DNA of 32,000 nt from Desulfobulbus propionicus DSM 2032 (GTDB taxonomy: Bacteria; Desulfobacterota; Desulfobulbia; Desulfobulbales; Desulfobulbaceae), in NCBI RefSeq assembly GCF_000186885.1, contig NC_014972.1, positions 810,001 through 842,000 of the forward strand, given 5' to 3'. The position numbers and the translations under genes are program-made. Below are positions 19,900-28,037 of the stretch, one piece after another (positions within the stretch are counted from its first letter, which is position 1; each line of letters opens with the position of its first letter). The notes beneath the pieces were generated by a model. It did not search any database, had not been told where the DNA came from, and saw only the letters and a list, made by a program, of their open reading frames with translations.

Positions 19900-21981
19900 T
19901 CAGTTGGTCGGTTGATTCGGTTGGCCGCCTTCTTCCTCGGCTTCATCGGGAGGCGGGTCGGTTTCTTCAATCATGTCCTGGGAGAGGATAACCCGATTGC
20001 CGCTTGCCGTGTCCGCCGTGTTTTCCGCCGACCCCTTCAATTTATCCTCGAAATACCTGTTGAGAATTTTGGCGGCGATCGGCGCCGAGGCGGAACCGCC
20101 GTGCAGGCCGTGCTCGACCAGCACGGTAACCACGATTTCCGGGTTGGCTGCCGGGGCAAAGCAGGTAAACCAGGCGTGATCCCGGTATTCATAGGGAATG
20201 TTTTCTTCTTTCAGATGCTTGTACTGGGCAAGCCGCACCACCTGCGCGGTACCGGTCTTGCCGCCGACAATGATCCCATGGGCATCGATCTGCGCCTCCC
20301 GTCCGGTTCCCCGCCGACCGTTGACCGCCTCGATCATGCCCTCGCGCACCAGCTTGAGGTTCCGTCCCTGCCCCGACAGTCGTGAAAGCACCTCTGGCTG
20401 AAAGGAGCTGACCAGCTTGCCGTCCGGGTCCCTGACCTGTTCGACAATCGTCGGTTTGTACAGGGTACCGCCATTGGCGATCACCGAGGTCATCAGGGCG
20501 ATCTGCAACGGAGTGGTCAAGTCATACCCCTGGCCGATGGCGATGGAAAGGGTTTCTCCTTCATGCCATTTGACCCCATAGCGTTTCTTTTTCCATTCCG
20601 AGGTCGGAACAATACCTGCTTTTTCATGCTCCATTTCCACCCCGGTTTTTTCGCCCAGGCCGAACAGCTTGGCGTAGCGCCCCAGTCGATCGACACCCAG
20701 TTTCAGGCCAACCTGGTAAAAATAGACGTCGCAGGATTCCCCCAGTGCCCGGCGTAGACTGACGGTGCCATGGCCACCTTTTTTCCAGCAGCGATAGACG
20801 CGGTTGCCGAAGCGGTAAAAACCGGGGCAGAAAACAGTGGTATCGGGGGTGACAATGCCTTCGGCCAGTCCGGCAAAGGCGGTGACCGGTTTGTAGGTCG
20901 AGCCTGGCGGATACTGCCCCTGGACGACCTTGTTGATCAGCGGATGCAGGGGATTGTCGAGCATCTCCTGCCAGGCCTTCTGCGAGATGCCGCCGACGAA
21001 TTCCTCCAGGTGCAGTTCGGGCGCGCTGGCCAGCACCAGCAGGCGGCCGGTGTTGGCTTCCATGGCCACCACCGCGCCGGCACGATTCTTCGCCGCCATC
21101 TCCTCCTCGGCGATTTTTTGTAGCTCCACATCCAGGGTCAGATGCAGGTCATTGCCCGGCAGCGGCTCGTCCCCTTTGAGGTTCTGCTGTTCAAATCCCA
21201 GGGCGTTGACTTCTTTGTTGTCATGCCCTTTTTCGCCGCGTAGGTCGACCTCACGCAACCGTTCCAACCCCATCTTGCCAATGAGATCGCCGCCCTTGTA
21301 GCGAGTCTTGTCCGCCTTGTCCAGTTCCGCCTTGCTGATCTCGCCCATGTAACCGATCAGATGCGAGGCCAAGTTGCCGAAGTGGTAGATGCGCAGCGGC
21401 ACGACCTCGATTTTGATCTCGGGCAGATACATGCGGTTGTTCTCGATCCTGGCCACGGTTTCCCAGTCGATATCCTCGGCGAGCCGCACCGGCAGATGCC
21501 CCGGGGTTCCGGACATCTTGCGGATTTTTTCCAAGAGCACGGATGGGTCTTCCCTGAGTATCCGGGTCAGATTCTTGAGCCACTCATCATCGATCTTGTT
21601 GTTTTCCCGCATCCAGACAACATTGAACGACGGCCGGTTGGTGACGATTTCCCGCCCCTTGCTGTCGTAAATATTGCCGCGCGGCGCGGCGATTTCCACC
21701 GAGCGCACCCGATTGGAATCGGCCAGGGTGCTGTAGTAGTCGCCTTGTTGAACCTGGAGAAACCAGAGACGGGTGACGATCACCGCAAAGAAAAATATCA
21801 AAATAACAACGGCATAAAGAGCTTTTTTTCTGTAGCCGTTCAGGTCGCTCTCGTCGCGTTGGGTCAGCTTGGTCACGCCGTTGTCCTTGCGGCGCTCGGC
21901 GTCGAGCAGGGGCTCCGCTCTCTTCCGGTTGGATTTCCGGATATTGTTCCCATTGCTGCCTAACAGATCGGCCACACTCAT
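19900..21981 (-). CDS. mrdA: Penicillin-binding protein 2 (elongasome transpeptidase)
   Basis: 693 aa with an N-terminal TM, dimerisation domain and transpeptidase motifs PPGSTYKP (SxxK) and GGKTGTAQV (KTG). Adjacent to rodA. Confidence 0.96.
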   Translation of the reverse strand: MSVADLLGSNGNNIRKSNRKRAEPLLDAERRKDNGVTKLTQRDESDLNGYRKKALYAVVILIFFFAVIVTRLWFLQVQQGDYYSTLADSNRVRSVEIAAPRGNIYDSKGREIVTNRPSFNVVWMRENNKIDDEWLKNLTRILREDPSVLLEKIRKMSGTPGHLPVRLAEDIDWETVARIENNRMYLPEIKIEVVPLRIYHFGNLASHLIGYMGEISKAELDKADKTRYKGGDLIGKMGLERLREVDLRGEKGHDNKEVNALGFEQQNLKGDEPLPGNDLHLTLDVELQKIAEEEMAAKNRAGAVVAMEANTGRLLVLASAPELHLEEFVGGISQKAWQEMLDNPLHPLINKVVQGQYPPGSTYKPVTAFAGLAEGIVTPDTTVFCPGFYRFGNRVYRCWKKGGHGTVSLRRALGESCDVYFYQVGLKLGVDRLGRYAKLFGLGEKTGVEMEHEKAGIVPTSEWKKKRYGVKWHEGETLSIAIGQGYDLTTPLQIALMTSVIANGGTLYKPTIVEQVRDPDGKLVSSFQPEVLSRLSGQGRNLKLVREGMIEAVNGRRGTGREAQIDAHGIIVGGKTGTAQVVRLAQYKHLKEENIPYEYRDHAWFTCFAPAANPEIVVTVLVEHGLHGGSASAPIAAKILNRYFEDKLKGSAENTADTASGNRVILSQDMIEETDPPPDEAEEEGGQPNQPTN

Positions 21982-22013
21982 CGCGGATGTTCCTCCTAAC
22001 CCCGGTTTACCCT

Positions 22014-22556
22014 TCAGGCCTTCCGTCTGCGCCGGTTATCGTTGCGCAGCCGGAGCCTGTTCCAGGGGAGATAATTGCGATGCGAGTATTTTTGCACCAG
22101 ATCGAACACATAGAACATCGGAAAGGTCAGGGCGGCGACCAGCAGGGCACGAACCGCCATCCGCCACATGGACCAGGCGACCATCTGGCCAGGCTGAAGC
22201 AGTTCAAGCAGCAGGTAGACCAGCCAGGAGACGACGAGATAGCTGCCGCCGACTAGGGGTATTTGATACAGCGACTCACTGATGGGCAACTTGCCGGCTA
22301 TGGTCCGGATGAGAAAAAAGCCGCTGAAGCAGATCAGGGCATAGGTTCCGAGTACGGTTCCGGAGAACACGTCAAGGACGCAGACCAAGGGAAAAAGGAT
22401 GACCAGACTGCGCAGTACATCGAGCCGATAGGCTAGATAGGCCACCAGAACATAGTACAGATCCGGCGCCAGCAGCCAAACGGGCATGGGCATGAAAATA
22501 GTTGTCTGCAGGATAACCAGCAGCATGCCGACCACAATAAAGTTCGCAACAACCAT
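22014..22556 (-). CDS. mreD: Rod shape-determining protein MreD
   Basis: 180 aa, hydrophobic, position between mreC and mrdA; VYVLVAYLAYRLDVLRSLVILFPLVCVLDVFSGTVLGTYALICFSGFFLIR-like membrane protein. Confidence 0.85.
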   Translation of the reverse strand: MVVANFIVVGMLLVILQTTIFMPMPVWLLAPDLYYVLVAYLAYRLDVLRSLVILFPLVCVLDVFSGTVLGTYALICFSGFFLIRTIAGKLPISESLYQIPLVGGSYLVVSWLVYLLLELLQPGQMVAWSMWRMAVRALLVAALTFPMFYVFDLVQKYSHRNYLPWNRLRLRNDNRRRRKA

Positions 22557-22627
22557 TGTCCGTCACTTCCGCATCTTTTCCGAACCCAGCCCCAGACAGG
22601 GTGTTTGGCGAGCCAGCCCAGCCAAGA

Positions 22628-23512
22628 TCAAGGCTGCGCCATCTGCTTGATCTCGATCATGTTCGGCTGATGAAGGATCAGCAGGTTTTCGAGTTTCTGG
22701 TAATCGACCGAGGGGGTCACCTCGATCTCATGAAACATGCCGCGGGGTTTTTTGATGATCTTGGACACCACGCCCACCTGCAACCCGGTGGGGAACACGC
22801 CGCCATATCCGGCGGTGACCACATGATCCCCTTCCTTGACCTCGGCGGTTTTGAGGATGTACTCCAAGCGGTAGGTCAAGGTGCCGTTGCCTTTGAGGAT
22901 ACCGCGCACCCTGGTTTCCTGCAGCAGGACATCGATGGCGCTGGACGGGGCGATGGCCAGCAGCACCTTGGCGTAATTGGGGGTGATGGTGAACACCTGG
23001 CCGACGACACCGTCGTTGTTGACCACCGGGTCGCCCTTCATGATCCCGCTGTTGGAACCTTGATCGATGATCACCGATCGGAACATGGCGGAGGGATCTT
23101 TGCCGATGATCGTCGCCGCCACACTGCTCTGCTCGCCCAGGGTGTTTTTGAACTCCAGCAGTTTGCGCAGACTGGCGTTGGTGGCCATGGCCTCGCGGCT
23201 TTTGTTGAGGAGCTGTTCGTTTTCCTGCAGCTGCTGCACCAGGCGTTTATTTTCCTCGCGCAGGCGCAGGCTGTCCTGGAGAATATCGATGTATTCGCTT
23301 TTAAATTTCTCCACGGATGCACTGCCGATGGCGACAAACTTCTGCAACGGTCCCGCCGCTTCAAGGATCAGCTTGTGCAGCGAGCCAAAATTCTGGCTGC
23401 CCAGGGTGGAGACCAGAAAGATAAACGCCGAGGTCAACAGAAAGCCGGCAAGCAGGACGATACGGAAAAGCCGAAAGTGATCGCTTCGTTTTCTGGAGCT
23501 TTTTTTTCTCAT
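22628..23512 (-). CDS. mreC: Rod shape-determining protein MreC
   Basis: 294 aa: N-terminal TM, coiled coil, then AATIIGKDPSAMFRSVIIDQGSNSGIMKGDPVVNNDGVVGQVFTITPNYAKVLLAIAPSSAIDVLLQETRVRGILKG. Confidence 0.95.
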   Translation of the reverse strand: MRKKSSRKRSDHFRLFRIVLLAGFLLTSAFIFLVSTLGSQNFGSLHKLILEAAGPLQKFVAIGSASVEKFKSEYIDILQDSLRLREENKRLVQQLQENEQLLNKSREAMATNASLRKLLEFKNTLGEQSSVAATIIGKDPSAMFRSVIIDQGSNSGIMKGDPVVNNDGVVGQVFTITPNYAKVLLAIAPSSAIDVLLQETRVRGILKGNGTLTYRLEYILKTAEVKEGDHVVTAGYGGVFPTGLQVGVVSKIIKKPRGMFHEIEVTPSVDYQKLENLLILHQPNMIEIKQMAQP

Positions 23513-23587
23513 GAAGATACGGCGGAAATCAACAATGCACCGGGCGGATGACAGAAGAATACAAACAGACCTTCGGGCGCGCCAGGA

Positions 23588-24655
<1,068 letters not shown>

Positions 24656-24825
24656 TCAGCGCGCTTGATACACAGCGAATGGCAGGAAGGATGCTGGCGG
24701 CTGAGCTGTGAAAAAGAGAAGGATCATCAAAAAGCCCTTTACATTACCAACAGAACCGGTGCTTGGCAATCGATATGGGCTTGGCAATCGATATGGCGGG
24801 GAGACGAAAAAGAATTGAGAAAAAC

Positions 24826-24855
24826 TTGACAGCCACATGGCAAGCATGGTAATTG
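24826..24855 (+). promoter_or_regulatory. Candidate sigma70-type promoter of tRNA-Ala (TTGACA ... TAATTG)
   Basis: Consensus -35 TTGACA with a weak -10-like TAATTG about 18 nt downstream, about 20 nt before the mature tRNA 5' end. Confidence 0.4.
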
Positions 24856-24873
24856 CCATTCCAACAAATGCAT

Positions 24874-24940
<67 letters not shown>

Positions 24941-24949
<9 letters not shown>

Positions 24950-25023
24950 TTACACAGTCCGGCGACATCCGCCGTTGTCCATCAAACCCGCTTCCTTCCT
25001 TAGGAAGCGGGTTTTTTGTTGTC
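24941..25023 (+). repeat. attL-like direct repeat (83 bp) overlapping the tRNA-Ala 3' end
   Basis: GCTCCACCATTACACAGTCCGGCGACATCCGCCGTTGTCCATCAAACCCGCTTCCTTCCTTAGGAAGCGGGTTTTTTGTTGTC, with a matching copy at 27772-27854 and 2 mismatches by eye. Confidence 0.9.
24985..25017 (+). terminator. Rho-independent terminator downstream of tRNA-Ala, inside the left direct repeat
   Basis: AACCCGCTTCCT-tcctt-AGGAAGCGGGTT with T6 run. Confidence 0.92.
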
Positions 25024-25132
25024 CGTCAACGTCCATGGTGATACGCTCAAATCCATGAAATTTGGGGGTAGATTTGGGGGTGTTTTGGCTTACCCCTAAG
25101 CGAGATACCCCCAAAACGTGGAGATTACCGTA

Positions 25133-25380
25133 ATGGCTAAAAAAATAGTACCGTTGACGGATATCAAGATAAAAGCTCTCAAACCCCAGGCCGCCGCCAA
25201 AAAAGTGTTCGATGGAGGTGGTCTTTTCCTGCTTATCACGCCTTGCCGGTGGCAAACTTTGGCACCTGAAATACCGTTTTGGGGGTAGCGAGAAACTACT
25301 TGTCCTAGGCGCCTACCCCCAAACCAGCCTTACAAAGGCACGCCAAAAGCGTGATGAGGCCAAATTGCTGCTTGCTGTCC
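25133..25380 (+). pseudogene. Tyrosine-type integrase, N-terminal arm-binding domain fragment (DUF4102-like), frameshifted
   Basis: MAKKIVPLTDIKIKALKPQAAAKKVFDGGGLFLLITP then a +1 shift (acgcctTgccggtggc) into AGGKLWHLKYRFGGSEKLLVLGAYPQTSLTKARQKRDEAKLLLA. No catalytic domain follows. Confidence 0.88.
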
Positions 25381-26075
25381 GCACCGTGGGCGAAAACTTC
25401 ACCCCGGCCAAGTTCAACACCTGGGGCGCAAAGGCCTTGGCCGGGATTGGCCATGCTGCCGACACCATCATGGACCGGTCGGTGGTTCTGGAGCTGCGCC
25501 GCAAGTTACCCCACGAGGAGGTGGACCGGCTCAGGTATGCCGGGCCTGATCTGTTCAGCACCCTGCAAGAGAAACTAACCCGATTCGCTAACGACTACAG
25601 CGAGCAGGTTCGGCGCACGCGACCACCTTTGCCGTCATGCCTGAACGATCGTGCCCAGGACAATTGGGAACCGCTGCTGGCAATTGCCATGGTTGCCGGT
25701 GGCCAGTGGTTGGAAATCGGCACCAGGGCGGCCGTTAAACTGTCCGGCGGCGGAAACCCGGTTGAAACTATCGGCATCGAGCTATTGGCCGATATCAAGG
25801 AAATCTTCGAAATGAATGAGAGGGACAGAATCAGCACCGCCGATCTGATTAGAGCCTTGTGTGATAACGATGAGAAGGCCTGGGCGACCTACAACCGGGG
25901 AAATCCAATCTCTCCACGGCAGCTGGCCAACAAGCTGAAAGGGTATGGCATCACCAGCACCACACTGCGGTTTCGGCATACGGGATTGGCCAAGGGGTAT
26001 GAAAGAAAACAATTCGAGGAGGCCTTTTCCCGGTATATACCCATGGAATATCGTGTTTTATCCGTAACAGCGTAA
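25375..26075 (+). pseudogene. C-terminal part of a DUF3631-domain protein (phage/plasmid primase-helicase associated), joined in frame to the integrase fragment
   Basis: KFNTWGAKALAGIGHAADTIMDRSVVLELRRKLPHEEVDRLRYAGPDLFSTLQEKLTRFANDY...LNDRAQDNWEPLLAIAMVAGGQW...ISPRQLANKLKGYGITSTTLRF...AKGYERKQFEEAFSRYIP. The N-terminal ATPase region is absent. Confidence 0.82.
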
Positions 26076-26151
26076 CAATCATGAAAAAACATCAAGTTGA
26101 GCCGTAACGCATTCCGTAACATTCCGTAACGTAACGGATTGATTCCGTAAC
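26062..26151 (+). repeat. Cluster of short CCGTAAC words (five copies in about 90 bp)
   Basis: Exact CCGTAAC at 26062, 26102, 26114, 26124 and 26145, a related GCGTAAC at 26070, and an inverted GTTACGG at about 26189. Confidence 0.5.
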
Positions 26152-26215
26152 GATTACGAGAAATGCCGAAACGACTGGGCATGATGTTGTTACGGGAAGA
26201 AATAGTGTTACGATA

Positions 26216-26354
26216 CCCGTTCGATGCTCTGGTGGTGATAATGGCCAGGTGACTGGCGTCCCTCTTGTGTTGCTCTTCTTTGCCGGGTGTCGTTGCGTTC
26301 GCTGCTCCTGGAAAAGTCGGGGCCGATTTCTGCAAGGAGAGTGATCAGGTGGGC
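26216..26354 (+). repeat. Degenerate long repeat, copy 1
   Basis: Starts CCCGTTCGATGCTCTGGTGGTGAT... and ends ...TGCTCCTGGAAAAGTCGGGGCCGATTTCTGCAAGGAGAGTGATCAGGTGGGC. Confidence 0.65.
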
Positions 26355-26392
26355 AGTGGTGCCAGTGATCCGCTTCCGATGCGTTCCTGGTG

Positions 26393-26533
26393 CCCGTTCG
26401 ATGCTTTGGTGGTGATCGTGGCCAGGTGGTCGCGGTCCCTTGGTGTTGATCTTCTTTGACGGCTCGGTGTGCTACCGCTGTGCCTGGCCAGATCGTGACC
26501 GATTACCTATAAAGAGGAGTGATCAGGTAGGCC
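26393..26533 (+). repeat. Degenerate long repeat, copy 2
   Basis: Starts CCCGTTCGATGCTTTGGTGGTGAT... and ends ...TGTGCCTGGCCAGATCGTGACCGATTACCTATAAAGAGGAGTGATCAGGTAGGCC. Confidence 0.7.
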
Positions 26534-26663
26534 GGTGGGTCGGTGATCCGGTCCCCGGTGGTGTGGGCTTGGTGGCGGTGTCGACGTTGTTATGTTGGCT
26601 GTCGGTGTCCGTCGGTGGTTGCATGGCGTGGGTGGTAATCCGCTGCCGGGTACGTCCCCGGTG

Positions 26664-26760
26664 CCCGTTCGATGCCCTGGCGGTGATCTTTTTTGCCGGC
26701 TGCCATTGTGCCTGGCCAGGTCGTGGCCGATTACCTGCAAAGAGAGTGATCAGGCGGGCC
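26664..26760 (+). repeat. Degenerate long repeat, copy 3
   Basis: Starts CCCGTTCGATGCCCTGGCGGTGAT... and ends ...TGTGCCTGGCCAGGTCGTGGCCGATTACCTGCAAAGAGAGTGATCAGGCGGGCC. Confidence 0.7.
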
Positions 26761-26831
26761 GTTGCTGGTGGTGCTCCGGCCCCCCGCGGTGTGGCCCTCG
26801 GTGGTGTTGACGTTTTTCTCCGTGCTGTACC

Positions 26832-27164
26832 TTAACAAGCCGCTGCTAGGCTTTCGCTTACCAAGCGGTTCAGGCTCACATTTCTTTCCGCCGCTTTGAT
26901 CGCAAGTGCCCGGTGCGTGTCGGCAGTTACCCGAACCTGGAACTTGCCGCTGAATTTTTTTGTGGCCAGCGGTGCGGGGATCTTCTCGCCATTTTGGGCC
27001 ATATCCGCTGCAACGTCGGCAACTACCTGTCGAATCCCTTTCAAAGCCCCTTCTGGGGTTGAGTCAAGCCAGCTCAGGCTTGGAAACTCAGCGCACAGCC
27101 CCACATGTTCTTGATCTTCTTCAGACCACGTTACCCGGTATGTGTAGTGATCGTGTTCTAGCAT
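26832..27164 (-). CDS. hicB: HicB-family antitoxin
   Basis: 110 aa: YTYRVTWSEEDQEHVGLCAEFPSLSWLDSTPEGALKGIRQVVADVAADM (HicB partial RNase H-like fold) plus a C-terminal RHH-like FQVRVTADTHRALAIKAAERNVSLNRLVSESLA. Confidence 0.85.
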   Translation of the reverse strand: MLEHDHYTYRVTWSEEDQEHVGLCAEFPSLSWLDSTPEGALKGIRQVVADVAADMAQNGEKIPAPLATKKFSGKFQVRVTADTHRALAIKAAERNVSLNRLVSESLAAAC

Positions 27165-27165
27165 G

Positions 27166-27417
27166 TTATTTCTCCTGCTTGTTCAACTTGTCGATGGCTT
27201 TCAACACTTGCCGCACTTGGTAGACTTTGGCCATGCCCTTACTGTCTTGAATGTTCACGCGGGGGTCCCCGATCCAAGGCGTTTTGTATATCCGGTGACT
27301 TGTCCCCATTTGCCGGGCTTCTCCGAAATAATACTCACACACCTTGCACAAATCCGAGAATTTGACGTTGGTGTGGTTGTTCCGAATACTTTGAACAAGT
27401 TGGTCTATTCTATCCAT
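27166..27417 (-). CDS. hicA: HicA-family toxin (dsRBD-like mRNA interferase)
   Basis: 83 aa: MDRIDQLVQSIRNNHTNVKFSDLCKVCEYYFGEARQMGTSHRIYKTPWIGDPRVNIQDSKGMAKVYQVRQVLKAIDKL. Conserved His in TSHRIY; stop is 1 nt from the hicB start. Confidence 0.87.
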   Translation of the reverse strand: MDRIDQLVQSIRNNHTNVKFSDLCKVCEYYFGEARQMGTSHRIYKTPWIGDPRVNIQDSKGMAKVYQVRQVLKAIDKLNKQEK

Positions 27418-27423
27418 GTCTCA

Positions 27424-27452
27424 ATAGTATCAATAGTGGTATCGTTTGTAAA
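27424..27452 (-). promoter_or_regulatory. Predicted sigma70 promoter of hicAB
   Basis: Minus strand TTTACA (27452-27447), 17-nt spacer, TACTAT (27429-27424), with 9-bp tandem direct repeats tcaatagta/tcaatagtg at 27421-27438 overlapping it. Confidence 0.65.
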
Positions 27453-27483
27453 GCCATTGCTATTGTCAGGTTGCTTTCATTGG

Positions 27484-27660
27484 CGTGGTGATCCGGTCCG
27501 GTGGTGTGGGCTTGGTGGGGCTGTCGACGTTGTTCTGTTGGCTGGCGGTGCCCGGTGGGCTCTCCGGTGTTTAGCAATTCTCTTCTTTGATGGCGGTCGT
27601 TGCTCTCGCTGTGCCTGGCCAGATCGTGGCCGTTTGGAGGCAAAGGGAAGAATCCGCCGG
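27484..27660 (+). repeat. Degenerate long repeat, diverged copy 4
   Basis: ...GTGATCCGGTCCGGTGGTGTGGGCTTGGTGGGGCTGTCGACGTTGTTCTGTTGGCTG... matches about 26550-26610, and TGTGCCTGGCCAGATCGTGGCCG... matches the tail of copies 2 and 3. Confidence 0.6.
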
Positions 27661-27771
27661 CTTGTCGGTGGTCTTCTGTCTAATCCTCGATAGTGGTGTT
27701 GGCGATGCTCTTTGGGCTTGGGGCGGCTGGCCGTGGCGACTTCGAGGCATGGGGCTGTGCTGAGGCGGTTC

Positions 27772-27854
27772 GCTCCACCATTACACAGTCCGGCGACATC
27801 CGCCGTTGTCCATCAATCCCGCTTCCTGCCTTAGGAAGCGGGTTTTTTGTTGTC
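27772..27854 (+). repeat. attR-like direct repeat (83 bp), copy of 24941-25023
   Basis: GCTCCACCATTACACAGTCCGGCGACATCCGCCGTTGTCCATCAATCCCGCTTCCTGCCTTAGGAAGCGGGTTTTTTGTTGTC. Confidence 0.9.
27818..27848 (+). terminator. Rho-independent terminator inside the right direct repeat
   Basis: CCCGCTTCCT-gcctt-AGGAAGCGGG-TTTTTT. Confidence 0.88.
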
Positions 27855-28037
27855 TTGTGTGCACAGCGCAGACACGCATCCTACGATGCAGGGAGGCAAG
27901 CAACTTTGACGAAACCGCAAACGGGGAGGATGCGACGGGTCTGTGTGGGGGAGATCCCAAGGAGGGGTGTGCGCAGCTGATTTTTTCTGCAAAACCGGTC
28001 TTCCTGAACCGGTCGCGTCTCCTGTTCGGCCATGGTG

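Noticed and set aside
26216-27660. Possible CRISPR array
   Set aside because: Repeats are long, irregularly spaced and diverged, with no short constant repeat-spacer periodicity and no cas genes.
27764-27780. CGGTTCG immediately before the right-hand GCTCCACCA, resembling a shortened T-arm
   Set aside because: Only 7 nt of resemblance to tRNA-Ala beyond the clear 83-bp repeat; insufficient to claim a partial tRNA copy or a second att boundary.
27693-27980. ORF on the plus strand through the right direct repeat
   Set aside because: It only reads through the duplicated att/terminator sequence, mirroring the spurious ORF at 24853-25041 over the tRNA.
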